From: Mesotaenium endlicherianum
Lineage: Eukaryota
Reading direction: 5' to 3'
DNA length: 64,000 nucleotides
NCBI GenBank assembly: GCA_009602735.1
Contig: WELA01002856.1
Location: 124,001 to 188,000, forward strand
Part shown: piece after piece, positions 1 to 12,211 of the stretch
How positions within the stretch are numbered: position 1 is the stretch's first letter
Layout of the letters: every line of letters starts with the position of its first letter
The notes under the pieces: model-generated
The model's input: the letters and a program-made list of their open reading frames with translations, nothing else
What the model was told of the DNA's origin: nothing
Databases searched by the model: none
Position numbers and translations under genes: made by a program

Positions 1-37
1 CAGGCGACTGAATCTTCACACGGAGCCAGACAGCTAT

Positions 38-3000
38 GTGATGCCTACACCAGAGCGGATCTTTGCGATTGCCACCATCGGGAAGGTGTTCAGCATCATT
101 GATCTATGCCAACGCTTTAACGAGATCCTTGTGAAAACAGAAGATCAAGGTAAGATCGCAATCTGGGCTCAAAGGGAACTTTGGCAATGGATGGTAATGC
201 CCTTTGGGTTTAAAAATGCTCCAACCATCTTTAAGAGGACTATGGATTAAGTGCTGAAGAGGCTGGATTTGGCAAAACCATACATTAATGACGTAGTGGT
301 GTTTAGCAAGTCCATGAAGAAGCACCTCGAGCACTTGGAACAAGTGTTCCAGCGCCTGGAGAAATTCCAGATGGCGCTGCATCCTGGAAAGTGCAGATTC
401 TTTGAGGCACATGTGCCTTACCTAGAACATGAGATTGGGAACAATGCTATGTCCTCTCAGGCTGTAAAGATTGAGGCCATTTACAAGATACCTGCACCTG
501 CGAATGTGTCTAAGCTGAAACCTCTGTTAGGACTAAGCGGATACTATCGTAAATTTGTGAAGGACTATAGCAAAATTGCTAAACCCTTGACAGAAGTCCT
601 GAAAAAAGAATGTACCTTATGTGTAGACGGAAGCCTAGGAAAAGGCCATGAACGAGCTCAAGGAGCGCCTAGTAACGGCCCCAGTGTTGTTGAACGTTTG
701 ACTACTCCAAGCCGTTCAATCTACACACTGAGTGGAGTCGTGTGGGAATCGGCGCAGTACTCACTCAGGCCGCAAGTCCTAGAGAGGAGTACGTCATTGC
801 CTTTGCCTCATTGAACCCGGACCCATCCTCAGACGACAGAACAGGAGCTCGAGAAGACAAATATCCAAGCAGCCCAACAAAGTTGGCAGCCGGCCTGGCC
901 GAAATGGCTACAATGGTAGCGTCAGGTGAAGCTGAGCCTCTACCCCTGTTCAATCCAGAGATCTAGAAAGATCAAGCCACTATGCATTGACTGAAGATAG
1001 GAGTCCACATGGAGGGATTATCTGTGAAAGAGAAGGACCACGTGAGCCATCGAGCTAAAAGATTTTGCTGGAAACGCAATATCCTCTTCAAGATTGAAGA
1101 ACTTGGTCAGGAGAAGTAGGTGCCAGAACCCACCAAAAGGCGAGCTTTGGTGCAGGACATGCACGAGAATACTGGACACTATGGTGTCAAGAAGACATAC
1201 AGTCTTCTGGAGCTGTCTTACTGGTGGAGGGGCATAAAGCAGCAGTATGAGGATGTGATCATGGCCTGCCAAAGCTGTGATCGCGTCAAGGCTGGTTTTA
1301 CAAGCAACATCCACACTTGCAACCTCTGCCAATCATGGGCCTAGGCAACCGCTGGAGTTGCGATCTCGCAGGTGAGCTACCGCTGTCCAAGCGAGGTAAC
1401 AAGTACAATATGGTCATGATTGAGCATTTCTGTAAGTGGATAGAGGTTGTGCTCTAACTGTTAAGGAGAGCTTGGGGACCGTGGAAGCGCTCCTCAACGG
1501 TGTGATTGTACGTCATGGAGCTCCAGCAGAAGTGCTGACAGACCATGGGTCTGAGTTCCAAGGATTTCTTCAGAAAATCTTGGACAGGTGCTTCATTGAC
1601 CATCGCACTACGTCCAGAGACCACCCACAAGCAGATGGTCTAGCAGAACGGATGGTGCAAACCATTAAGTCTGCTTCGCCCAAATTTTGCCTTGAGCATG
1701 ATAAGTGTAAGGTCATAAGTTTATAAAGTGCATTTTTGAGTTTCATGAAAGTATGTTTTGATTGTATAGTAGTGTAGAGTGCATTTTTGTGGTCATTTTG
1801 ATATAAAGTTCATCGAATTTGGTCAAGTATTGAGAGAGTTATGGATTTCCAAAGTTTAATTAGTTTTGAGGTCAATCGACGCCTGTCCTTAATTCGCGGT
1901 GAGCGCGACCGTCGGATTGAACGACAGCGTCGAGCGATCTGGCCCGTTAGAATGAACTCGAACCTTCACGTAAGTTTGGCTGACGCGGAGTGCCGACTAG
2001 GTCGATTTACCTAGAAGTTTCGGTTTAGCCTAGCGCGTCTAAGATAGAATATTCTAGTAATGTCGATGCATGGATGTGGACGTCAATTCGGCCCGACACG
2101 TCTGATGAGACTGATCTGGCTTACTCACGAATATTTTGGAAGGGACAATTTGACGAACACTTAAAAAAATCCGTAGCTTGCTCCTAGAGAGGAGCATTTA
2201 GGCAATAAATTATAAATAGGCATAACTTCTTTGTTTCTTATCAATTTTCACTTTTGTAAATTTCTACGGGTTTGTAATGACAAGGCCTTTTATCCTACAT
2301 CATTTGTGAGCAGTTTCTTGCCACTCAAAATGTCAAGTAATTTTCCTAAGCTTTCTTTGCAATATGGCGCTACACTCTTTTGGTATGATTGCAACTAGTT
2401 CCTTTCCTCGTGAGTTACTACGCTTCCACTAGGGCACTCTGCCCCTTTCAATAAGCGTGATTGGGATCTGGCCCTGCCATGGCTGGTTATGGGTTACAGT
2501 TTCAGCAAGCAAGCTGCTTTGGCAAATTACTTGCCTTATCAAATTTTGTTTGGTAGAAGTCCAGCTGTGCCCAGCAGCATCAAGCAGGAATGAGCAGATG
2601 AAAGACCTTGACAACCCTGATGAACTGCTAAAGGTTATGGTACGCCGCAAGGCATTGTTTGAGCACATGATGCTTGCTTCCTTGGACAATCTAAAAATTG
2701 CATAGAAAAGAGACACGCAGCGTTACGCCAGGACGCGAGATGGGAGCTACCGCCTGCAAATGACGCAGATCCAGGAAGAAGACTTCGTCTACCGCAAGCG
2801 CCAGACCAAGACCACCATTGACACCAGTTCAGGTGCTGTGAACTTACGCGTGAAACATGCGTTCGACAATGGTGTATTGGAATTAGAAGGTTTTGATGGT
2901 AAGACCATGAGAGATCACGTGCAGAACTGCACGCTGTGCCATTTGCCAAATATTGATCCTATGGTGAAGGCTATGCTCAAGGAATTGGTGCCAGCCACGC

Positions 3001-3167
3001 TTTGTGTTAGCTGCAAAGTGCTGGATGATCAAGAAGCAATAGTAACTTGCGATAAGTGTAGTGCCCGTTGGCACACCTTCTGCATTGGTGAAGAAGAGAT
3101 TATGGCAGGATGGTGGGAATGTCCTGACTGCCTCCCTAAAACTTCCAGCCGCCAAGCTAGGAGATAG
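38..3167 (+). pseudogene. pol: Disrupted pol of family D with C-terminal PHD finger (3003-3131)
   Basis: Several frameshifted or stopped fragments (38-250, 251-814, 1120-1344, 1436-1726, 2457-2705, 2760-3167). The last has the C4HC3 pattern CVSC-x11-CDKC-x4-H-x2-C-x11-WECPDC. Confidence 0.85.
1706..2450 (+). mobile_element. Solo LTR, family A, inserted in the family D integrase
   Basis: TGTAAGG...CCTTTCA, matching the LTRs at 27267 and 32889. 5-bp TSD ATAAG at 1701-1705 and 2451-2455. Confidence 0.95.
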
Positions 3168-3213
3168 AAGCTTTCAGCGGCAAGGCAGGGATGCCTCAGC
3201 TGAAAGGGAGGGG

Positions 3214-4558
3214 TGTAAGGGAAATTGAGGATAAGCTAACTTTTCAAAAAGTTCTACTAAGTGTCGGTAGTGTGGAATGAGGAACTGGTTGAGCATGGGA
3301 AGCACTGAGTGTGGGATGCTTCACCGCATGATGCAAGTGCAGGAAGACCAGGAATGGGTCAACCCCCTGCTAGTCTGCCACCGACACACGTGCAAAGGTT
3401 GATCAATCGGGTCGCCCACGTGCGACAACGCACCGACCAAACGACCAGGGAATCCTCGCACGCGAGAAGGACCGCCGACACGTCAACTAGCTTGAAGGCA
3501 CGCGAGCTGAGAAGCCACGCACATGCCAGGGGTCCAACGCTGTTAGGCACGACAGCTGTCACGAGTGCTATCCACTTGACGGTGCCGCACGCGCAACGCA
3601 AGTCACGGCCGCCCAGGTACGGATAGTCAGCGTTGACGCACCGACCAAAGGACTTAGTTATCTCAGTCAGCGATTATCTCAAAGTCGTTATCACTGTCAA
3701 AGTCATTATCACGCGATCGCCAGCTGAAGGGCTAAGCAGTCACGCGCGACAGTCACAAGGCGTGCATGCATGCTGAGTGACAACTTCTGAAGCTGTTTGA
3801 GGGCTGCTAGGTAAGGACGGCATGCAAGCTAGGCGCGGTGACTTAGCACTGGCATTCTTGAGAGAGGATAATGTGTGGTGCTTGTGAAAGGCACGAGTCC
3901 TGCCTGAAGCTGCCTCATTCTTGCTCGCATCGTTGTCAAGGAAGCTGAAGGAGTACAGGTACAAAAGGAAAGGAGAAGAAGGAGCGCAAAGAAGAAGGAC
4001 TTCCCAAGGCCACAGAAGAGCCGAGACGCTACGCTTCTGCCGACGCTGGAAGATTTCTTCTCAAGTGTATCATAGAAAGGTTAGACCTCAGGAGTTCCCA
4101 AGAGGGGATCTCGCTGGTAGAAAGTAGAGAGCTGGCAGGAGATTAGCACAGATTCGGGTCAAATACCACAAGCGTGCGAAAGCCACTTAAAATGGTGAGT
4201 GCTGTTTTAGTTTCCAAGTTCTCAGAAGTCTCAATTGTCGAATCGCTGATAGCAAGAGTAGTATTAACAAGTAAAGCTCTCAGTGAAGAATTGAGTGAGT
4301 CCAGCCAAGCCGTGAAGAACTGTCAAGGCGCGGTGTTGAGCAAAGAGCTCAGACCAGGCAAGCATAGATGTGCAGTTTCAGAGTTTTGTAAGCTGTGACT
4401 TCGTGAAAGTTAAGCGAAAGTCTTGAAGGGCGATTTTCTCTGAATCTGGCATTGTCTGTTAAGCTGCTTAGACGTGAAAATGCAAACTACAAACTTGTTC
4501 ATTCTGTACACCCTCAACTTGGGCGAAAGCTTGTGTGGAAGTAAGACGCTTCTGTCCT
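3214..4558 (+). repeat. Putative 3' LTR of family D (~1.35 kb)
   Basis: Starts with TG directly after the PPT. Its first ~340 bp recur at 4559-4902. The 3' boundary is inferred from where the repeat restarts. Confidence 0.65.
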
Positions 4559-4902
4559 TGTAAGGGAAGCTGAGGATAAGCTAACTTTTCAAAAATTTCT
4601 ACTAAGTGTTGGTAGTGTGGAATGGGGAATTGGTTGAGCGTAGGAAGCACTAAGTGTGGGATGCTTCACCGCATGATGCAAGTGCAGGACGACCAGGAAT
4701 GGGTCAACCCCCAGCTAGTCTGCCACCGAGACACGTGCAAAGGTCAATCAACCCGGTCGATTTCCCACGTGCGGCAACGCACCGACCAAACGACCAGGGA
4801 ATCCCCGCACGCGAGAAGGACCGCCGACACGTCGACCAGGTTGAAGGCACGCGTGCTGAGAAGCCACGCACGTGCCAGGGGTCGGACGCTGTTAGGCACG
4901 AC
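4559..4902 (+). repeat. Second, truncated copy of the family D LTR 5' end
   Basis: High similarity to 3214-3552 (TGTAAGGGAA..GAGGATAAGCTAACTTTTC...GTTAGGCACGAC). Confidence 0.85.
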
Positions 4903-5496
4903 TTTATGACTTTCACTATTTCGGATAAGGACTGTCATTGGTTTTGGTTAACGACTGTCTTTAACCCGTAAGAAAACACCTTTGAAAGTGGCCCAAGGGA
5001 GCCATCGACTGATTTGGCTATGTACATTGTGTTATCAAGTATAATACAAAAGTGCATAGCGCGGAATTTTGTATTATCAAGTATGATACATATACACATC
5101 GCAGTATATATTACGGGTATACATTGTATTACCAAGAGGCACTATGACACCTATGTAAAGTCATGAGGCTCCTGGCATTAGCTAAGAGTCATGACGAAAC
5201 CTACCAAGGAGATGTTTGCCTCCTTTTACATGTCACGTGAAGAGGTAGACCTTTTGGGTTGTCACGTTCAACAGGTACAAGTTGTCCTGTCACAACCTCC
5301 TAACATAGGTGTCCTAGGAGTGTCAAGCACTTAATTGGCTCGCGTTGGCAAGTATAAATACTTGAAGAGCCAATCTTAGTGCAACTCTGAGAACACCTCT
5401 TCTCGTCATTGCATCTTTGTCCACGTTTCGGACAACTTCTTTCTGAAAAGCTTAGAAAAGATCTTTACAATTCTCTTGAAAGTGAGAATTGTTACA
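4903..5496 (+). repeat. 5'-truncated 5' LTR of family E
   Basis: Ends GTTACA, the inverse of TGTAAC at 57668, and is followed by a PBS. 4904-5060 aligns with 58464-58619. Confidence 0.8.
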
Positions 5497-5497
5497 C

Positions 5498-5509
5498 TGG
5501 TATCGGAGC
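5498..5509 (+). promoter_or_regulatory. Primer-binding site TGGTATCGGAGC (initiator tRNA-Met-like)
   Basis: Lies 1 nt after the LTR end. The same 12-mer occurs at 20935, 28013, 34440, 43627 and 59341. Confidence 0.85.
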
Positions 5510-5902
5510 ATGTCTTTGCTCCACTCAGAAAAGTGGTTCAGAATCGTTCAATTTTGCTTTGATTGGTTCAGATTTGCAAGGTTTTTTTTTTTTTTTTGGA
5601 TCTGCAAAACAGTAACTTGAGTTATTGTTGTGTTTTGCCGAGGTAATCGACAAGGAGACAAGGGGCCTGCTTGGCCCAAATCCCGTCGAATCTTCCAAGT
5701 GACCATGTCAGCCTGGTCGGCCCGAGAGGACCCACTGGCAAGCAAGAGGCCTGAGGGGCCTCCTTTTCTCAACCGGACCAAGGAAATCCTTGGCCCACGT
5801 CAAGAAGTGGCAGGGCTGGCTCTGACGAGCCTGTACCCCGTCGCTTTGCCCAATTTGTCAGCGAAAAGGGGGCCGTGGTCGTCCTTGGCCCCCTCGCTCT
5901 CG

Positions 5903-6392
5903 TTTTAACTGCAAGGGGGGGGGTCCTGGGTTTCCCTCGCTTCCCCCTTGTTCTCTTTTGGTCACGACTCACGGGGGTCTGTGTGGTACCCCTTGCCCCG
6001 TTTAAAGTTTGCGATTGGCATCGCACGGACGACTACATCCGTTGCCGATTTGCAATTTTTAATGAGCCCGGTGAGCTCGTTTTTGTTCGTTCTGTTCGCG
6101 GAGTTAACCGCGCCATAACGTTATGCTGACGTCCAGAGGCGTCAGCCATTCCGATATTTTTGACTGCAAGAGGGGAGGTTACGGGTTTACTCTCGCTTCC
6201 CACTTGTTCTTGTTCTCTCAATAAGAGGTCATGGGGGTCTGTGTGGCACTCCGTGGCCCGTTCAGTTTTGAGATCGGCATCGGACGGGCCGCTCAGCCCG
6301 TGGCCGATTCGCAATTTTTCAACGAGCCCGGTGGGCTCGTTTTTGATTCGTTGTGGCCGAGGCTTGATCCGAGGCATAACGTTCTGCTCACA
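5903..6392. repeat. Degenerate tandem duplication (~255-bp unit) in the non-coding internal region of family E
   Basis: Shared blocks ACTGCAAG.GGGG, GGGGGTCTGTGTGG, GCCGATT.GCAATTTTT, GAGCCCGGTG.GCTCGTTTT and CATAACGTT at 5903-6130 and 6158-6392. Confidence 0.75.
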
Positions 6393-8136
6393 CACTGATG
6401 CGTCAGCCGGGCATGTTTGCCTGGCCTATAATTGTCACGGCTGACGTTTGCATACGTCATCAGGATAAGTTGTTAAAAAAAATTTGGTCAAAGGGGTTTC
6501 TTCTGAATCCCACCTTGTTCCCCTGGTCAAGCGGGCCGGGACTTTTTACCTTGGCCCAATTTATCCCTGATGGCGTCTGCATACGCCAGAAATAAGTCAC
6601 ATACTTATTAGAGTGGGGGGGGGCATCTGTTCCCCACCGCCCGTCCGGTCTTGCCAATGAAGTCGGCAAGTCCTGTTTTTCTGCCAGGGGCCCGTTTTGG
6701 TCCCTAATTTGACAGAGAAGATCCATTTGGGGCCCGTTTTGGCCCTGGCATGTTGTTCTCTGGCATAATTTTGCCAGCCAACAAAATTGGGATTTGAAGT
6801 ACTTAATCCCACAGAAAGGAGACCCAGGTCTTACGGAAACCAGTCGGGTGCACCCTGGTTAAATTTTGTGGCCAAAGGTGACTGACTGTTCACCCTCCCA
6901 CGTATTGAAGTCAATTGAGACTGTGTGTGGACTTCGTGTCCCGTTGCACACATGAGGGATTTTATTCATTTAAACCCTAGATAGGGGACTTCGAATTTTA
7001 CGAAAATCTGTGGACTTCTCCTAGTTGACTTTTATGGTCAAGCGAGACTCTTTATTAATCCCCCTTGCATATGTCAAGTCAAGATTTGCAACCGCCTGGG
7101 CCGTTTTGCCCTGTTGCAATTGAGGGATCAATGGAGGGTTTTATTTTTGTTTACAACCCATCCCACCCACGTTGTGTTCGTTCGTGCTACGCGCATCTTA
7201 CAACTCAACCGACGGGCTCTTCGCCCGACGGTCTCTTCCCATGACATTGTCGCAATGGTAGTCATTCCAATCGGGCGTTTTCTGGATTGACCGACGAGTC
7301 ATCAAGATTTGGTCACGTTTTGACCAGTTTGACATGCTATTTTGATTTTGCATTTTTCAAGATTGTTGATTCTTTCACCTTCTCTTTCAATATCTTTTGG
7401 CATCATGCTTTTGCATCTGATTCGTCTCGTCAATTTGTGACTCGACCCTCTCACATAATTTTGAGCTTGAAAGCGATAAGAAAACCGCCCCAATTATCAC
7501 AACGCTCACTCAAATCATGTCACGGTTGGCATCACATTTTACTTGATAAAGTGCCAAATTCTTGTATTTATAGTTTGCCAATCGACCAAAATCTGCTTAT
7601 TTTTGGAATATATATCAATTCATTATTTATTTAATTAATATCATGTATAAATACAACACTAAATAAGTAGTATGTCAATATACTCACATGCGCGAGTTCA
7701 TTTAAATGAATGTATGTCGATTTAATGCGAGTTTACTTACTTTGTAAAACTGGTCAGCAGGATGACTTTTGTATCATAGTGTAGTTTGCTGACTTTGTTG
7801 AGAAGGTCAGCTAGATGACTTTTGTATCATAGTATAGTCTGTTGAGATTTATATATCAGTTATATATGAGATGTAATATCAGCAGGATGACATATAGTAA
7901 GCTCGCTTGATATTAGTCAGTATACTTAGCTTCAGTACGCTGAGGATAGATGTATTCATTTAGATTATTATTTGTAGATCGGCACTTGTGACCGTAGTAT
8001 ACTGAAAGTCGGAAGGTCGACTGAGATTCGGTAAACTGATGTCCTACCAGTGTGGTTAAGTCCTGGGTAGGCGGAGCCGTCGTCAGTCAACTGAACAATT
8101 AGGACTTCAGTCAATCGACCAATTGATATGGTCGTT

Positions 8137-8850
8137 TGAAATGTTTCGACTCACCAAATAGGCGATTAATTATTAATGAAGATCTTTATATCAGCAAGTA
8201 ATCTTTATGGATTTTCCGTTAAGTGATTAAACGGCAAAGGACAACACACTAGCAGTGAACCATACTCAAATGCGAGTAAACTAGCATCAATAATGCAATC
8301 AGTAAACTCATACATAAGCAAGGTTAGAAGATAGTGCGTATCAATGGCTTCTCGCCTTGGATTCAGTTCTCTCTCAGTCAGCTGTACAAGAGAGTTGGCC
8401 TCGTTTCCGAATGCCGAACTCGAGAGCAATGCCTAGCATATGTACATGGAATGAGTTTACTGTTCAACGGTCAGTGCGATGGCACCGCCTACCCGGGAGT
8501 TAATTACGTTGGTAGGACCTCGGCTAACCAAATCCACCGCCATCTCCCATCATCCCGAATAGCCATCCATCATAGGGATGTCATCTGGCCATTCATCTAG
8601 CATACCACACTTAGATGCATATCGAGGCAGTTTGCTGCTACCGAGTGCGGAAGTCAGCTGGCTGTCAAAGAATGTGTCAGCAAGCTGACTTAAGTTGACT
8701 TCAGCCTGCTGCATCCGACTGAGTCATTAAATTGATACTAAATATATAAAGTCCAGCAGACCAAATATTAACTGAAGTTCAGCAGGCTGAACTTTATTTA
8801 CTATTACATTTAAATGAATATTATATCTACTAATATACTGATTCATTACA
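8137..8850 (-). mobile_element. Solo LTR, family B
   Basis: Reverse complement of the LTR at 42905-43625. Flanks TCGTT / TTGTT (TSD with one mismatch). Confidence 0.9.
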
Positions 8851-10018
8851 TTGTTATACCTAGATCCGTGGGTCCCAACTTAACGGGTTTCCCACGAAAC
8901 GGCGCACCTTGCGCTGTGGTCAACCAGGTGGTCACTAGGTACATAGCAGGCGGGGATCTCGTGGTCCCTCACTCTGGACAGTAGGCTTTACAGTTGGATT
9001 TCTACTTGCAAGTCATGTGTGCACTTTTGGGTTCGATCTAAGGACCAGCCTTCACGAAAATAGACATGGCTGCTTCGTCTGCGCTCCAAATGAGGTGAAC
9101 TAGAACTTTTCAAAAAGGTGTCGTCAAGATGCATCTGTTGCCGTTGATTTTTCTCAATTTTGAAGTAGTATTGGCAGAGTTATGCCCTCTGACATTTCGG
9201 GGTCACACAGCGGACAAATTCCATGGTTTTGCACCTAAGTCAGTGGGCTGTGTTTTAGCTACATTATGGTCATCTGAATGAGAGCGCCTTTGCTATTCAG
9301 TCCCCTGATGTTGTGCATGTGCTATACATGCCTGTATGCCTGGTAGGCAAGAGGCCATGAGTTTCTAAAGAAGTAGCTCAAGTCCTCAAGCTCGCCTCTT
9401 ACTTGTGCCTCGTGTTAGTGTGCAACTATGGCACACTATGGTAAGTGAGTCAAGGGGTGTAGATGAGTAAACGAAATTCATTATAAGGGCGAAGATCGCT
9501 CCCTGATTTTACACGCTTCCACCTATCTCTGATCTCATATATTTAAATGAAATGTATTAATCTTGAAAAAGCAAGATTCAGTTCACAATGTTTCTTTTTC
9601 GCATTGTGAATTCATCCTATCGTTGTAGGATGGTCGATGCACTTCAATAGCGTTAGGTTGCGATCTCTTGCATTCAAACTTGTTGTGTTTGCAAATGGTT
9701 GTGTAGCCCCCACATGCGACACTGAGTGCGCTCACGTGTCGTAGAATGGGATCACAAGAGTTGTGCGCGTTTCGCACTGTCATATACACTGGTTATACTT
9801 GAGAAGTTTGGCCTCGCTATTACGTACGCGTTCTCGAGCGTTGTCCAAATGGTCTTCGATTATGTAATGATTCACGCAGTCATCATCTTGCATGGCCCCA
9901 CTTTGTGGCATACTTCGGATGACTTCCAATTTCTTAACGCCTGCTCGCATGCGTTACGAACAGATGTGTATCCTTGTTATATTCATGTTTGAAGATCACA
10001 GGCGCGTGTGGTGCGTTG

Positions 10019-10065
10019 TGTAGGGATTAGGGCACAGGATTTAGGGTTTAGGGTGTAGGGTTTAG
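10019..10065 (+). repeat. Interstitial plant-type telomeric repeats (TTTAGGG, degenerate, ~6.7 units)
   Basis: TGTAGGG ATTAGGG CACAGGA TTTAGGG TTTAGGG TGTAGGG TTTAG, with 7-nt periodicity. Confidence 0.75.
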
Positions 10066-11492
10066 CGGTGTAGGACCCCAGCAAACCTGTGCAGATGGTT
10101 ACTGACGCTTCGAACTTTGCCATGGGTGCTATTTTGTTGCAGCCTACTGACAAAACCACAAAGGATGGTAAGATAAAGCAGGAGTGGCACTTGGTGTTGT
10201 ATGAGTCTGTGAAATTCAACCCAACTGAAATTAACTATCCTGTGCATGATAAAGAGCTGCTTGCTATCATTCATGTGCTCAAATAGTGGAGAGCATACAT
10301 ACATGGTAAAGCTTTTAAGGTGATTACAAATCATCTAGCTCTGACTCACTTTCAGAAGAAGTCCAAGCTGTCAAGGAGGGAGAATCGCTCGAGCCAGATG
10401 CTGGAGCAGTTCCAAGTCCAGAATGACTACAAATCAGGGAAGTTGAATCCTGCTGATGCACTCTCTAGAAGACCTGACTTGCAAGAAAGGAACTTTAGTC
10501 AGCATGCGATCAATAAAGCCCTTTGTGCACTCACTTCACTAAAGGTGAAAAAGTCCGTCCTTGAACAACTTCGGAAAGCCTTCTTTTCTGACCCAACATT
10601 TGAGCCCAGCCCCACTGATGGTGTGTGTCCTGCTATTGTACTCGGCTAAAGGGAGGGGTCCGGGTAATTGAAACCACTTCAGGCAGGCTGAAGCTGGTCA
10701 TTCCTAATAACTTGGAAATAAGGTCACTCTTACTAAGTCAAGCACATGACAGTTTGCTGGGTGGGCATTTGGGGCAGGCCAAAACTGTTGGCAAATTGGT
10801 AAAACATTATCATTGGGATGGGTAGCCTCGGGAGGTCTTAAAATATGTTAAGTCCTGTGATCAATGTCATAAAAACAAGTCTAGGCACACACCACCTGGG
10901 GGGCTCTTACAACCACTACCTATTCCAATTGGACGCTGCGAAACAATATCCATGGACTGGGTGGGAACACTACCAAGAACTGCCAATGGGCATGATTCAA
11001 TACTGGTAGTAGTGGATTAACTCACAAAAATGGTCATTCATCCCCACCACTGTCAAAGTAACTGCCCTCAAAACTGCGAGACAGTTCTACAACGATGAAG
11101 TATGCCAACATGGGCTACCCTCTAATATTATCTCACACAGAGACTCCAAATTTACCTCTAAATTCTGGCGATTTTTAATGGGGTTAATGGGAGTCAAACA
11201 ACTGCTCAGCACAGCAAACCACCCTCAGACTAATGGGCAGATTGAGAGGACTAACAGAGTTCTGCAGGAGGTGCTGAGAGTATATATTAACCAAAAGTAA
11301 GATGATTGGGATGACCTGTTGCCTCAAATTCAATTTGCGGTCAACAATGCGGTGCACGCGTCAACGGGATAAACACCTTTTGAACTCAGTATGGGTAGGG
11401 TCCCTAAGTCTCCTTTGAGTGTGCTAGGGGAATCTTTAACTCACCCTAACGGAATTGACAATCCGGTGTCTCTCTAATTAACTCAGGAGTTT

Positions 11493-12211
11493 TGAAATGA
11501 ATCGACTTACCAAATAAGCGATTAACAATTAATAAAGATCTTTATATCAGCAAGTAATCTTGATGGCAATTTCCGTTAACTGGTTAAACGGCAAAGGACA
11601 ATACACTAGCAGTGAATAATACTCGTAAGTCAAATGCGAGTAAACTAGCATCAATAATGCAAATCAGTAAACTCATACATAAGCAAGGTTAGAAGACAGT
11701 GCGTATCAATGGCTTCTCGCCTTGGATTCAGATCACTCTCAGTAAGCTGTACAGGAGAGTTGGCCTCGATTCCGAATGCCGAACTTGAGAGCAATCCTAG
11801 CATATGTACATAAAATGAGTTTACTGTTCAACGGTCAGTGCGATGGCACCGCCTACCTGGGAGTTAACCACGTTGGTAGGACCTCGGTTAACCAAATCCA
11901 CCGCCATCTCCCATCATCCCGAATAGCCATCCATCATGGGGATGTCATCTGGCCATTCATCTAGCATGTCGTACTTAGATGCATATCAAGGCAGTTCGCT
12001 GCTACCGAGCACGAAAGTCAGCTGGCTGTCAAAGAATGTGTGAGCAAGCTGACTTAAGTTGACTTCAGCCTGCTGCTTTCGGCCGAGTCATTAAACGGAT
12101 AATAATGTAAAGTCCAGCAGACTGACTATTAACTAAAGTTCAGCAGGCTGAACTTAATTAACTATTAGATTTAAATGAATATTATATCCACTAATATACT
12201 GAATCATTACA
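11493..12211 (-). mobile_element. Solo LTR, family B, inserted antisense into a family B integrase
   Basis: TGAAATG...CATTACA with TSD AGTTT (11488-11492, 12212-12216). Confidence 0.95.

Larger units (their letters stand above)
1..4558 (+). mobile_element. Degenerate Ty3/gypsy LTR retrotransposon, family D (5' end outside window): RT, partial RNase H, integrase, PHD finger, PPT, 3' LTR
   Basis: ORF fragments: MPFGFKNAPTIF and YINDVVVF (RT), HENTGHYG..CQSC (IN zinc finger), TDHGSEF and GLAERMV (IN core). Purine tract GAAAGGGAGGGG precedes TGTAAGGG at 3214. Confidence 0.85.

Noticed and set aside
2095..2135. CTGATGAG hammerhead-like motif in LTR-A
   Set aside because: Not conserved in other LTR-A copies (CAGATTAG/CAGATGAG) and no properly placed GAAA.
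8334..8600. Recurrent 88-aa ORF (MRINGFSPWIQ...WPFI), also at 15281, 30345, 43153 and 58868
   Set aside because: It lies antisense within LTR-B, starts at GTG and is broken in some copies. Recurrence is explained by LTR copy similarity.
8900..10018. Possible host gene or DNA-transposon relic (also 15752-16117)
   Set aside because: Only short ORFs without recognisable motifs and no clear termini.
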